Positions 41,348-52,675 of a stretch of DNA of 64,000 bases are shown in pieces (the first letter of the stretch is position 1; every line of letters starts with the position of its first letter). The DNA is from Thermodesulfobacteriota bacterium (GTDB lineage: Bacteria; Desulfobacterota; Desulfobacteria; Desulfobacterales; Desulfosalsimonadaceae). The stretch covers positions 2,201-66,200 of the forward strand of contig JBNJEA010000001.1 in assembly GCA_051745395.1 (NCBI GenBank), read 5' to 3'. The translations under genes were made by a program, and so were the position numbers. The notes beneath the pieces are model-generated. The model worked only from the letters and a program-made list of their open reading frames with translations. It was not told the DNA's origin and did not search any database.

Positions 41348-42505
41348 ATGCTAGAAAAAGCGCTAAAAGGAAACAAGTCATACTGGATGTGGCTGGGGGC
41401 GCTGGTGGTAATCACCGCGATCGGGTTTGTGTTTTATTTGCGCCAGCTGGAATTCGGCCTGGGAATTACGGGCATGAACCGCGACGTTACCTGGGGCTTC
41501 TACATTGCCCAGTTTACCTTCCTGGTCGGTGTGGCGGCCTCGGCCGTGATGCTGGTGCTGCCCTATTACCTCCACGATTATAAGACCTTCGGCAAAATCA
41601 CCGTGCTGGGCGAATTTCTGGCGGTGGCCTCGGTGCTGATGTGCATGCTGTTTATCGTGGTCGACCTCGGCCAGCCGATGCGGCTGATGAACGTCATTTT
41701 TTACCCCTCGCCCAAGTCCATGCTGTTTTGGGACATGATCGTCTTAAACGGCTATTTGTTTTTAAATATCATTATCGGATGGAACGTGCTGGATGCGGAA
41801 CGAAACGGCGTGCCGGTTGAGAAATGGGTCAAGCCGCTGATTTATATCTCCATCCCCTGGGCCATCAGTATCCATACGGTAACGGCCTTTCTCTATTGCG
41901 GTCTGCCCGGCCGGGGGTTCTGGCTGACAGCCGTGTTGGCCCCCCGCTTTCTGGCCTCCGCTTTTGCCGCCGGTCCGGCCTTTTTGATCCTGCTGAGTTT
42001 CATCCTTCGCAAGTTTACCAATTTTGACCCGGGTGACAAGCCGATTCAGACACTGGCCAAAATCGTGGCCTACGGCGCCATTGCCAACCTGTTTTTCTTC
42101 GGCTGCGAGGTCTTTGTGGCGGCCTACAGCCAGATTCCGGAGCACACGGCGCATTTGAAATACCTGTTTCTCGGTTTGCACGGCCACGGCGTGCTGGTGC
42201 CCTGGATGTGGAGCTCGGTTGCCTTGATGCTGGCGGCCATCGTTTTGCTGCTCATTCCTTCGGCCCGGCAAAACAATGCCGTTCTCGGCGTGGCCTGCGC
42301 GATGATCTTTATCGGTGTCTGGATCGATAAGGGCCTGGGCATGATTTCCGGCGGTTTTATCCCCAATCCGTTGCATGAGATCAACGAATACGTGCCATCT
42401 GTACCTGAAGTGATTATTACCATCGGAGTGTATGCTGTGGGATTACTTGTTCTGACGTTGCTCTATAAAGTGGTTGTGGGGGTTAAGGAAGAAGTCGGGG
42501 GATAA
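41348..42505 (+). CDS. dsrP: DsrP, NrfD/PsrC-like integral membrane subunit
   Basis: 385 aa, about 10 TM helices. GAGGGAG Shine-Dalgarno. Last gene of the cluster, followed by a terminator. Confidence 0.9.
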   Translation: MLEKALKGNKSYWMWLGALVVITAIGFVFYLRQLEFGLGITGMNRDVTWGFYIAQFTFLVGVAASAVMLVLPYYLHDYKTFGKITVLGEFLAVASVLMCMLFIVVDLGQPMRLMNVIFYPSPKSMLFWDMIVLNGYLFLNIIIGWNVLDAERNGVPVEKWVKPLIYISIPWAISIHTVTAFLYCGLPGRGFWLTAVLAPRFLASAFAAGPAFLILLSFILRKFTNFDPGDKPIQTLAKIVAYGAIANLFFFGCEVFVAAYSQIPEHTAHLKYLFLGLHGHGVLVPWMWSSVALMLAAIVLLLIPSARQNNAVLGVACAMIFIGVWIDKGLGMISGGFIPNPLHEINEYVPSVPEVIITIGVYAVGLLVLTLLYKVVVGVKEEVGG

Positions 42506-42526
42506 CCCCGCCGGATTTTTTGTATA

Positions 42527-42574
42527 AAAAGGGTTTGTCCAACCGGGTTGGATAAACCCTTTTTATGTTTTTTG
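42527..42574 (+). terminator. Rho-independent terminator after dsrP
   Basis: AAAGGGTTTgtCCAACCgGGTTGGatAAACCCTTT followed by TTATGTTTTTT. Confidence 0.6.
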
Positions 42575-42602
42575 TTGACAATAAAAGATATTATCCTATA
42601 CT
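42575..42602 (+). promoter_or_regulatory. Near-consensus sigma-70 promoter of the rplU operon
   Basis: TTGACA (42575-42580), 16-nt spacer, TATACT (42597-42602), about 50 nt upstream of rplU. Confidence 0.5.
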
Positions 42603-42655
42603 TTTCTGGTTTAAACTTATAAACCATCAAGCGGGCAAGAAATGGAGGTTGGACC

Positions 42656-42970
42656 ATGTATGCAGTGGTTGCCACGGGCGGCAAACAATATAAGGTGGCC
42701 GAAGGCGATGTCTTGCGCATCGAAAAGATTCCCGGCCAAGTCGGGGATACGGTAAGCTTAGACGAGGTGCTGATGGTCGCAGACGGTGACCGAGTCGATA
42801 TCGGCCGGCCCAAGGTGGCCAATGCCGCCGTCAATGCGCGTATCGTCGAGCAGGGCAAGGGCAAGAAGGTGCTTGTTTTCAAGTACAAGCGCCGCAAGCG
42901 CTATCGCCGGATGAAGGGGCATCGGCAGCCGTTTACCGCCGTTAAGATCGACAATATCGTCAACGGCTGA
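42656..42970 (+). CDS. rplU: 50S ribosomal protein L21
   Basis: 104 aa. MYAVVATGGKQYKVAEGDVLRIEK... Confidence 0.95.
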   Translation: MYAVVATGGKQYKVAEGDVLRIEKIPGQVGDTVSLDEVLMVADGDRVDIGRPKVANAAVNARIVEQGKGKKVLVFKYKRRKRYRRMKGHRQPFTAVKIDNIVNG

Positions 42971-42978
42971 AAAGTCCC

Positions 42979-43077
42979 TTTATGTTCAATTTCTGCGTCA
43001 GGCTCAAATTTTAATCCTCGAAATACTTCAGTATGTCTCCGGTTAAAATTTTCGCCTTCCTTGAACTTGAACATAAA
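42979..43077 (+). other. Extended imperfect hairpin filling the rplU-rpmA spacer
   Basis: TTTATGTTCAA (42979-42989) pairs perfectly with TTGAACATAAA (43067-43077). GGCTCAAATTTTAA (43001-43014) pairs 12/14 with TTAAAATTTTCGCC (43043-43056). The apical stem is GAAATAC-ttca-GTATGTC. Confidence 0.45.
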
Positions 43078-43148
43078 TTGAACTTTTCAGAGTCGTTTGC
43101 AGGAAATTCATATTATACAACAATTCTTTGTTTGCAGCAGAGGTTGAA

Positions 43149-43403
43149 ATGGCACACAAAAAAGCAGGCGGCAGTTCAAAGAACGGTCGGGACAGCCGCG
43201 GACAACGACGGGGTGTAAAGCGTTACGGTGGCCAGCAGGTACGCGCCGGCAATATCCTGGTGCGGCAGCTTGGCACCAAGATCCATCCCGGCGAAAACGT
43301 CGGAATGGGCAAGGATTATACGATTTTTTCAAAAATCGACGGCGTGGTCGCCTACGAGCGGATGGGCAAATCCCGGAAAAAAGTCAGCGTACATGCAGCG
43401 TGA
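43149..43403 (+). CDS. rpmA: 50S ribosomal protein L27
   Basis: Track ORF trimmed to ATG 43149: [24 protein letters not shown]... Confidence 0.95.
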   Translation: MAHKKAGGSSKNGRDSRGQRRGVKRYGGQQVRAGNILVRQLGTKIHPGENVGMGKDYTIFSKIDGVVAYERMGKSRKKVSVHAA

Positions 43404-44407
43404 AATTCATTGATGAAGCCGTCATTACTGTTGCCGCCGGAAACGGAGGACGCGGTTGCGTCAGTTTCAGGCGCGAAAAATACGTACCGCGGGGCGGCCC
43501 GGATGGCGGTGACGGCGGCGACGGCGGCGATGTCATAATCCGGACAACCGCCCGCCGGCGGACCCTTTACCAGTTCCAGTACAAAAAGCATTTCAAGGCC
43601 GCAGACGGCGGGGCCGGCCAGGGCAAGCAAAAAACCGGCCGAAGCGGCCGGGACGTGGTGCTCGAACTGCCGCCCGGCACCGTTGTCCGCGACGGCCAAA
43701 CCGGGGACTTGGTCTGCGATTGCATCGAAGACGGTCAAACCCTCGTAATCGCCCGCGGCGGCCGGGGCGGGCGCGGAAACATGCGTTTTGCCACCTCCAC
43801 CAACCGGGCTCCCCGCCATGCACAGCCCGGACTGGCCGGCGAGAGCAAAACCCTGCAGCTGGATTTGAAACTGATAGCCGATGTCGGCATCATCGGCATG
43901 CCCAACGCTGGCAAATCCACCCTCATCAGTCGGCTTTCCGCTGCGCGTCCCAAAATCGCAGATTATCCCTTTACCACCATTTATCCGATCCTCGGTGTTG
44001 TTGCCGCCGGTGACGCGGAGCCGTTCGTGCTGGCCGATATTCCCGGTTTGATCGAGGGGGCCCACCAGGGCGCCGGTTTAGGGACTCGCTTTTTGCGGCA
44101 CGTGGAACGGACCCGATTGTTGCTCCACCTCATGGATGCCGCCACCATTGATCCGCAAGATCCCCTGGCCGCCTATCATATCATCAACAACGAACTGGCC
44201 GGTTTTTCCGAGACGCTGGCGCAAAAACCCCGGATCATCGCCGTTAACAAAATGGATCTTTCCGACAGCGCCACTTTGTTGAACCGGGTGGCCGAGGCGT
44301 TGCCCGAAATCCCCGTATTCGGAATTTCCGCCGCCACCGGCCAGGGCCTCGATTCATTGCAAAACGCATTGATTGCGGCCGTTTTTTCCGACCGAGCCAC
44401 CGGATAA
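43400..44407 (+). CDS. obg: GTPase Obg/CgtA
   Basis: 335 aa. The GTG start overlaps the rpmA stop (GTGA). [40 protein letters not shown], with G1 motif GMPNAGKST. Confidence 0.95.
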   Translation: MKFIDEAVITVAAGNGGRGCVSFRREKYVPRGGPDGGDGGDGGDVIIRTTARRRTLYQFQYKKHFKAADGGAGQGKQKTGRSGRDVVLELPPGTVVRDGQTGDLVCDCIEDGQTLVIARGGRGGRGNMRFATSTNRAPRHAQPGLAGESKTLQLDLKLIADVGIIGMPNAGKSTLISRLSAARPKIADYPFTTIYPILGVVAAGDAEPFVLADIPGLIEGAHQGAGLGTRFLRHVERTRLLLHLMDAATIDPQDPLAAYHIINNELAGFSETLAQKPRIIAVNKMDLSDSATLLNRVAEALPEIPVFGISAATGQGLDSLQNALIAAVFSDRATG

Positions 44408-44412
44408 AGCCG

Positions 44413-45579
44413 ATGGCCAACCACCGGACTTGCCCCATGACCTTTGATCGAGCCCCTTATTTCAATCAGCTCCGCCGCGTGGTCATCAAAATCGGCAGCG
44501 GGGTCCTCACCGGCGCCTACGGGCTAAACAACGCCGTGATCGACCGGTTGAGCCACCAGATCAATGATTTGCTCGATTCGGGCATAGAGGTGTTGCTGGT
44601 CTCTTCCGGGGCCATGGCCGCCGGTCAGAAAAAAGTCGGCCTGGACCGCCGGCCGGATGAAATCCCCAGGCGCCAGGCTGTGGCGGCCGTGGGCCAGGCC
44701 GGGTTGATGCTGACCTATGAAACGGCCTTTGCCCGCTATGATCGCAAGGTGGCCCAAATCCTTCTGACCAACGATGATTTAAGCGTCAGCCGCCGCCGGT
44801 ATTTAAATGCCCGCAATACCCTGCATACCCTGCTGTCCTGGCAGGTGTTGCCGATTATCAATGAAAACGACACCGTGGTGGTCGAAGAAATCAAGTTCGG
44901 CGACAACGACAATCTGTCGGCTTTGATTGCCTTGATGATGAATGCCGATGTGCTGATCAACCTCACCGATATCGATTCTCTGTATACCGGCGATCCTCGT
45001 TCGGATCCGGCCGCGCAAAAGATTGAAGTGGTCGACGACATCAACCGGGAAATCGAAACAGTGGCCAGCGGCCTGCCCGGGGCCCTGGGCACCGGCGGCA
45101 TGCTGTCGAAAATCAAGGCCGCCCGGAAAGTCACCGCGGCCGGCATTCCCATGGTCATTGCCAACGGGGGGGCCGAGGATATATTACAGAAACTTTTTTC
45201 GGCCGCTTCGTGCGGCACCTTTTTCGTACCGGCCCGTGCCAGGCTTTCCAACCGGAAATGCTGGATCGGTTTTACGGTCAAGCCGAAAGGCACCATTACC
45301 ATCGACGACGGGGCAGTGGCCGCCATTATGGAGAAAGGAAAAAGCCTGCTGCCCGGCGGCATCGTCAAGGCCGAAGGCGAGTTCGGCATCGGCGCGCCGG
45401 TGATGATCAAAGACCGCCGCGGCCGGGGGTTGGCCACCGGCCTGGTCAATTACAGCGCCTCTGAAATTCGCAAAATCATGGGGTGCCAGTCTCACCAGAT
45501 CAAGGAGGTGCTGCATTACAAGCCCTATGATGAAGTCATCCATCGCGACAACATGGCCGTGCTGGGCGAATGCGAGTAA
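44413..45579 (+). CDS. proB: Glutamate 5-kinase (with PUA domain)
   Basis: 388 aa. Amino-acid kinase N-terminus RRVVIKIGSGVLT and a C-terminal PUA-like region. ATG 44434 is an alternative start. Confidence 0.9.
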   Translation: MANHRTCPMTFDRAPYFNQLRRVVIKIGSGVLTGAYGLNNAVIDRLSHQINDLLDSGIEVLLVSSGAMAAGQKKVGLDRRPDEIPRRQAVAAVGQAGLMLTYETAFARYDRKVAQILLTNDDLSVSRRRYLNARNTLHTLLSWQVLPIINENDTVVVEEIKFGDNDNLSALIALMMNADVLINLTDIDSLYTGDPRSDPAAQKIEVVDDINREIETVASGLPGALGTGGMLSKIKAARKVTAAGIPMVIANGGAEDILQKLFSAASCGTFFVPARARLSNRKCWIGFTVKPKGTITIDDGAVAAIMEKGKSLLPGGIVKAEGEFGIGAPVMIKDRRGRGLATGLVNYSASEIRKIMGCQSHQIKEVLHYKPYDEVIHRDNMAVLGECE

Positions 45580-45767
45580 AAAAGGGGTCGGCGGCACAAA
45601 GCGGGCCCGGCAAAGAACCTTTTTTGCGGTTCGGCAATTCGTAATTGATCATCACGCAAAAGTGACGTATTTTGGAACTGTTTTTTATCGGGCCGAACCA
45701 ACAGTGAAATTATGGAAGACCCCCACGGAGACAAGCGACGCAGGGAGGGGGAAAGGATGGAATTGTC

Positions 45768-47024
45768 ATGACGATTGAATCGATTGTCACGGAAATGGCC
45801 GGTGCGGCACAGTCGGCCGCCGGTAAGCTGGCCGGCTTTTCATCTGTGGAAAAAAACGCGGCACTGGAAAAGATCGCGGAAAAGCTCGTCAAAAACGCAG
45901 ACGCCATCCAGGCCGAAAACAAGCGCGATACGGAGAAGGCCCGGCAAAACGGATTGCCGGCAGCACTGATTGATCGCTTGACCATCACGGATCAAACCAT
46001 TTCCTCCATGGCCGACGGCCTGCGGGAGGTGGCCGCCCTCGAAGATCCGGTCGGTTCGGCCGATAAGACCTGGCTGCGCCCCAATGGCCTGGAGGTTTCC
46101 CGGGTCCGGATTCCACTGGGTGTTATCGGCATTATTTATGAATCCCGGCCCAACGTGACCATTGATGCAGCCGGGTTGTGCATCAAATCCGGCAATGCCG
46201 TTATTCTGCGCGGCGGCTCAGAGGCGCTTGCCTCCAACCGGGCCCTGGCGCAACTGATCTCCGAAGCCCTTGACGATGCCGGCCTGCCCCCCAAGGCCGT
46301 TCAGATCGTCCCGGTGGCCGAGCGCGAAGCCGTCACGTACCTGTTGCAGCAGCAAGACGCCGTGGACCTGATCATCCCCCGCGGCGGGGAGGGCCTGATC
46401 CGCTATGTGGCGGAAAATTCGAGCATTCCCGTTTTAAAACATTACAAGGGCGTCTGTCATGTCTACGTGGATGACGGGGCGGATCTGTCCATGGCCGCCG
46501 ATATCTGCTTAAATGCCAAGGTCCAGCGGCCCGGCGTCTGCAACGCCATGGAAACGCTGTTAATACATCGCAATATGGCCGAAACCTTTCTGCCGGAAAT
46601 GGCCCAACAGTTCTTCGAGGCCGGTGTTGCGCTCCGGGGTTGCGAACAAACGCAGAAGCTGGTGCCCGAAGCCGTCGCCGCTACAAAAGACGATTGGTCC
46701 GAGGAATACCTGGACCTGATTTTATCCGTAAAGGTCGTCGACGACATGGCCGCTGCCATGGACCACATTGCCCGTTACGGCTCCCGCCATACCGAGGCCA
46801 TCGTAACCGCGGACTATCAGCGGGCCCGGCGGTTTTTGCAGCGGGTTGACTCCTCGGTGGTTTTGGTCAATGCCTCGACCCGGTTCAACGACGGCGGGCA
46901 ACTGGGACTGGGCGCGGAGATGGGAATCAGCACCTCGAAACTCCATGCCTTCGGCCCCATGGGGCTGGCGGAGTTGACCACCACGAAATTCGTGGTCCGG
47001 GGCGAGGGACAGGTGCGGACGTAA
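45768..47024 (+). CDS. proA: Glutamate-5-semialdehyde dehydrogenase
   Basis: 418 aa. Catalytic Cys region [12 protein letters not shown]. Confidence 0.9.
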   Translation: MTIESIVTEMAGAAQSAAGKLAGFSSVEKNAALEKIAEKLVKNADAIQAENKRDTEKARQNGLPAALIDRLTITDQTISSMADGLREVAALEDPVGSADKTWLRPNGLEVSRVRIPLGVIGIIYESRPNVTIDAAGLCIKSGNAVILRGGSEALASNRALAQLISEALDDAGLPPKAVQIVPVAEREAVTYLLQQQDAVDLIIPRGGEGLIRYVAENSSIPVLKHYKGVCHVYVDDGADLSMAADICLNAKVQRPGVCNAMETLLIHRNMAETFLPEMAQQFFEAGVALRGCEQTQKLVPEAVAATKDDWSEEYLDLILSVKVVDDMAAAMDHIARYGSRHTEAIVTADYQRARRFLQRVDSSVVLVNASTRFNDGGQLGLGAEMGISTSKLHAFGPMGLAELTTTKFVVRGEGQVRT

Positions 47025-47142
47025 GACACGGTTTTAAGGTGAAAGGTCCGGGGTTTAGGGTTCAACGTTACCGGCCGGACGCGGGGAAAGGGGTTCCCAT
47101 GCGGCGGCCGAAGGGGGTAAATGGTTTGAAACTTGCATCTGA

Positions 47143-48222
<1,080 letters not shown>

Positions 48223-48230
<8 letters not shown>

Positions 48231-49776
48231 TCCGCCGAAGAAGCGATGTCTGCTGTTAATACTCGATGGCTGGGGAATTGCCGACCCGGGCGAACACAAT
48301 GCCGTGTGGGTGGCCAAGACCCCGTTTTTAGACGGCTTGAAAACCGAATACCCCAACACCCAACTCGCGTGTGCCGGAAAAGCCGTGGGCCTTCCCGAAG
48401 GCATCATGGGCAATTCAGAGGTGGGGCACTTAAATATCGGCGCCGGCCGGGTAGTCTACCAGGCCCTGTTGCGCATTGACGTGGCCATCGAAGACGGGTC
48501 GTTTTTCGATAACCCCGCGCTGGTCCACGCCATGGAAGCCGTGGACCGGCGCGGCACGGCCCTGCACCTGATGGGGTTGGTATCCGATGGCGGTGTTCAC
48601 AGCCAGATGACCCACCTGTATGCCTTAATCGATATGGCGGCCCGTTTCGGACTGGAAAAGGTTTATGTGCATGCCATTTTAGACGGCCGCGACACTCCGC
48701 CTGACAAGGGGGTGACCTATATCAGCCGGTTGCAGCAGGCGCTCGATGAAAAAGGGGTCGGCCAAATCGCCACCGTTTGCGGCCGTTATTACGCCATGGA
48801 CCGCGACAAACGCTGGCAGCGTACCGAACTGGCCTATCGGCTCTACACCCTGGCCGAGGGAGAAGCCGAAACCGATCCGGTTGCCGCCGTCAAAAATGCA
48901 TATGCCCGGGGCGAGACTGACGAGTTTGTCAAACCCGTGGTGATAACGGCCAAAGACGGCCACCCCCGGGCCACGGTGGACGACGGCGATGGGGTGATCT
49001 TTTTCAATTTTCGCCCCGATCGCGTCCGTCAGATCACCCGGGCGTTTACGGCCGCGGAATTCGACGAATTCCAGCGGCCGAAAGTGCCCGCCCTGGCCGA
49101 TTATGTCTGCATGGCCCCCTATGATGAGACCTTTGACCTGCCCGTGGCCTTTACGCCGATGCAGCCGGAAAATATCCTCGGCGAAGTCATCAGCAACGCG
49201 GGGCTGCGGCAACTGCGCCTGGCGGAAACGGAAAAATACGCCCATGTAACCTATTTTTTCAACGGCGGCCGCGAAGTACCGTTTGCCGGTGAAGACCGGA
49301 AATTGATTCCCTCGCCCCGCGAGGTGGGCACCTATGATGAAAAACCGGAAATGAGCGCCCATGAAGTAGCCGATGAAGCCGTAACGCGCATTGAAAAAAA
49401 TACGTATCACCTGGTGGTGATCAATTTTGCCAACCTGGACATGGTGGGGCATACGGGCAGCCTGGAAGCCGCCGTCAAAGCCTGTGAGGCCGTTGACACA
49501 AGTGCGGCCCGGGTGGTGTCGGCAGCACTGGACAACGGCTATAGCGTCATGGTCACCGCCGATCACGGAAACGCGGAGCAGATGGACGATGCCGGCGGAC
49601 CGCATACCGCCCATACCTTAAATCCCGTGCCGTTTGTCCTCATCGATGACCGCTACGGCAGCCGTTGTGTTCTTCGGGAAGGTGTGCTCGGCGACATCGC
49701 CCCCACGGTGCTCGATATTATGGGCATTGCCCAGCCCCCGGAAATGACGTGTCGGACACTGATTGAAACGGAGTGA
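48223..49776 (+). CDS. gpmI: 2,3-bisphosphoglycerate-independent phosphoglycerate mutase
   Basis: Track ORF trimmed to ATG 48223 (overlaps the rsfS stop). LLILDGWG, GNSEVGHLNIGAGR (catalytic Ser) and TADHGNAE. Confidence 0.9.
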
Positions 49777-49804
49777 AAAACACCTGAAAAACCGGTGAAA
49801 ATCA

Positions 49805-50365
49805 ATGGATAATTTCTCCAAACCCTATCAAATGATCACGGATTTCGTCACGGAAAAGCCCGTGCCCGATGTCGGCGCCGAGGCCAACCGGCAGGCCGTG
49901 GAACGCTACCTGGTCAATGAAAAAGGCTACCGGCGAAACGACATCAGCGTGGATATGGACCTGGATCTGGAAGTTGCCGGAAATCGCTATAAGACCCGGT
50001 TGGACCTTGTGGTTTTCGTCGACGGCACAGCGGCGATGGTGATCAAGTGCGCCGCCGGATCACTCGATTCCCGGGAAAAGGAAGTCATCGCCGCGGCCCG
50101 GGTTGCCGCCGGGCGGCCCATGCCCTATGCAGCGGCCTCAGACGGACAAACCGCCCTTGTATATGATGCCGTCAACCGGAAAAAATGCGGCCAGGGCCTT
50201 GCCAGCCTGCCGTCGCCGGAGGCCCTTCGGCAAAAGTTGGCCCAGGATCGGCCGGCAGCGATTTCTCCCGGCCGCCTGGAGAAGGAAAAATTGATTTTCC
50301 GCTCCTATGACCTGATGAATATCAATGTCGGCCGCAACATTGCGGATGGCAAAAACCCGGATTAA
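49805..50365 (+). CDS. HsdR N-terminal-domain-like (PD-(D/E)xK fold) stand-alone protein
   Basis: 186 aa. The pattern VPDVGAEANRQAVERYLVNEKGYRRNDISVD...RLDLVVFVDGTAAMVIKCAAGSL resembles type I restriction enzyme R-subunit N-terminal domain proteins. Lies 28 nt after gpmI. Confidence 0.55.
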   Translation: MDNFSKPYQMITDFVTEKPVPDVGAEANRQAVERYLVNEKGYRRNDISVDMDLDLEVAGNRYKTRLDLVVFVDGTAAMVIKCAAGSLDSREKEVIAAARVAAGRPMPYAAASDGQTALVYDAVNRKKCGQGLASLPSPEALRQKLAQDRPAAISPGRLEKEKLIFRSYDLMNINVGRNIADGKNPD

Positions 50366-50379
50366 AGACATTACGCCCT

Positions 50380-52641
50380 ATGGCTGACAATGCGTCACGG
50401 AAAAAGGCCCTGGATTTTCTGTTCGTGTTCAATGCGGCGATTACCAATATGCGCCTCTATCCACCAACCAGTGCCATCATTCAACACTCGGTGGAACGGA
50501 TGAACAAAGTCCTTGCCGATACCTTTGCCATCGTCTCGCCCCTGGAATACGCGGAATCGGAAAAAAACCTCCTGGTTCTGGGCGATCCGCTGCCGGAAAA
50601 AGAACAGCAAAAGCCACAGGTCAGCACCTTTCTGGCTTTGATGCTCGATATGGGCATCCGCAGTATCTCCATTGAAAAAGGCATTACCGCGGAGCAAATC
50701 ACCGCCTTTCTGTCGATCGTGGCCAGATCGAAAGACGAAATCGCCGCGGGCGGCGGTCTGCAGACGCTCATGGACCAATCCGATATCCGCCATATCACCA
50801 TCGATGAAAAGATCTATGTGGGCATGGATTCGGAGCATAGCATCATGTCGGGCCTCGGCATCAGTGACGCCGATTTTGCCCGGTATTTGACCGGCGAGCA
50901 GGAAATATCCAAGGAGGTCCTCGAGCAGGTGCGCCAGATTGCCGGTAATCCCGAATGGTTTTCCGAAGCCTTTTCCTCCGGAGTGAAGCAGCTCATGGAA
51001 GGCGATGTTCAAAAGAAAAAGCAGGCGGACCTGTCCAAGGCGTTTGCCGGGATGATCAGTGCCTTGGACGGCATCACCGACGCGGACAAAGACGATATCG
51101 CCCGGTATATCATCCAGTCCATGTCGGAAATGGACGAGGACGTGCTGGCCACTGTGCTGACCCAGAACCTGGATGCGGTCTTTGGGGAAGATTTCTTTTC
51201 GGAGTTTGTGGAACAAATCGATACCCAACGGTTTCAAAAGCTTTTTTCCCGCCTCGGCGAAATGCTGGAAAAGCGGGAAAGCAAGTCGCGTGATCCATCG
51301 GAATCCGAAGCCATTGAGCGGGTCTATCACCTGCTCGAGCAAACGGAAAAAGGGCAAGCCCTCCAGGCAGGAGCCGGCGGGACCGGGGAGCAAAGCCAAT
51401 CGGCCGATACCGGCGAGGCGGCAACGGGGAAAGGATCGCAAGACCGGCTCCATCATTTGAAAAACCAGTTAAACCGGATCATGAAAGGCGACGCCGGGGC
51501 CTTCTGCGAAGACGTGGTCGGAAGTAACCTGGCCGAGACCTATGAAAAATTAATCGCCAGCGGCAAAACCGATATCGCGGAGCGATTAAACGGTCGGATG
51601 GGCGATGCGCTGTTAAACGAGGACCCCGCGGTTCGAAAGGCCGTCGCCGGTATTATGGCCGAAATTGACGAAAAGCTGGCCGCCGCCGATCGTCTCGATG
51701 AACGGATGGAACTGTCGAAAAAGCTGGCGGATTGGGTGAAATTTGAAACGGCCGTGACAACGGAGTTTGAAAGGGTCACCGGGCAGATGCAGCAACTGTC
51801 GCAGGAATTGATTGAAAACGACCGGGAACAGGACGCCGAGCAGATTCTGGAGGCCTACCATTTAGTGGCCCGGGGCAATCTGGAAAAAGACGAAGCCATC
51901 CAGGCCCTTGCCGGGAATATGTTGCAAAACGTCGCCACAGACGCTATCCTCGACACCCTGTTGAAGGAAAAAAAATCGGGGCAGAACCGGCCCAAGGACG
52001 ATATTTACAGCCTGGTCATTCTCGGCTCCACAACGGTGGAACGGTTGCTGGACCGATTGTATGACAGCCGCAACATGTCGGAGCGCAACCGGATCATCCA
52101 GGCCATCGGCCAGATCGGTAAACCGGCGCTCGGCCCGGTAATCGAGCGGCTGCATCAGGGCGGTCCCTGGTATTACCTTCGCAACCTGGTGTTGCTCGCA
52201 GGGCGGCTCGGGGATGAAAGGCAGCTTTCGACACTGGCCACAATAGTGGGGCATGCCGATTACCGGGTGCAGCTCGAGGCCATTAAAAGCATTCAAAATA
52301 TCGGCGGCTCCGAGGCGGGCCGGATTTTATATGAACACATTGATACCATTGACGATCAGCTCAAGGGGTATATGATCTCGGTACTCGGGGCGTTGCGTTA
52401 CCGGCCGGCCGCCCCGTATCTCATTGACCTGATCACATCCAGGGCCCCGGGAAAATCAAAAGCCGATCACGCGGAAATCCGGGAAAAAACCTGTGAAGCC
52501 TTAGGGCGGATGCAGGCGCAGGAGGCGGTGACCGCCCTGGAAAAGGTGGTCCGCAGCAAAGGCGTCCTGGGCAGGAAAACCCATCCGGAAAACGTCCGAT
52601 CAGCGGCCGCCAGAGCCCTGTCCAACATCAAACGGGGATAG
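50380..52641 (+). CDS. HEAT/PBS-lyase-repeat protein, 753 aa
   Basis: The C-terminal third has repeated HEAT_PBS-like units (RNRIIQAIGQIGKPALGPVIERL; VQLEAIKSIQNIGGSEAG; IREKTCEALGRMQAQEAVTALEKV; VRSAAARALSNI). I do not recognise the N-terminal ~450 aa. Confidence 0.6.
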   Translation: MADNASRKKALDFLFVFNAAITNMRLYPPTSAIIQHSVERMNKVLADTFAIVSPLEYAESEKNLLVLGDPLPEKEQQKPQVSTFLALMLDMGIRSISIEKGITAEQITAFLSIVARSKDEIAAGGGLQTLMDQSDIRHITIDEKIYVGMDSEHSIMSGLGISDADFARYLTGEQEISKEVLEQVRQIAGNPEWFSEAFSSGVKQLMEGDVQKKKQADLSKAFAGMISALDGITDADKDDIARYIIQSMSEMDEDVLATVLTQNLDAVFGEDFFSEFVEQIDTQRFQKLFSRLGEMLEKRESKSRDPSESEAIERVYHLLEQTEKGQALQAGAGGTGEQSQSADTGEAATGKGSQDRLHHLKNQLNRIMKGDAGAFCEDVVGSNLAETYEKLIASGKTDIAERLNGRMGDALLNEDPAVRKAVAGIMAEIDEKLAAADRLDERMELSKKLADWVKFETAVTTEFERVTGQMQQLSQELIENDREQDAEQILEAYHLVARGNLEKDEAIQALAGNMLQNVATDAILDTLLKEKKSGQNRPKDDIYSLVILGSTTVERLLDRLYDSRNMSERNRIIQAIGQIGKPALGPVIERLHQGGPWYYLRNLVLLAGRLGDERQLSTLATIVGHADYRVQLEAIKSIQNIGGSEAGRILYEHIDTIDDQLKGYMISVLGALRYRPAAPYLIDLITSRAPGKSKADHAEIREKTCEALGRMQAQEAVTALEKVVRSKGVLGRKTHPENVRSAAARALSNIKRG

Positions 52642-52675
52642 CCCGGCCATAAGCAACCATCAAAGGAGGATACCG

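Noticed and set aside
47122-47137. Sigma-54-like TGGTTTGAAACTTGCA 27 nt upstream of nadD.
   Set aside because: Only the GG/GC core and spacing match; the -24 element lacks CAC. The gene is a housekeeping gene within a long co-directional cluster, so this is most likely fortuitous.
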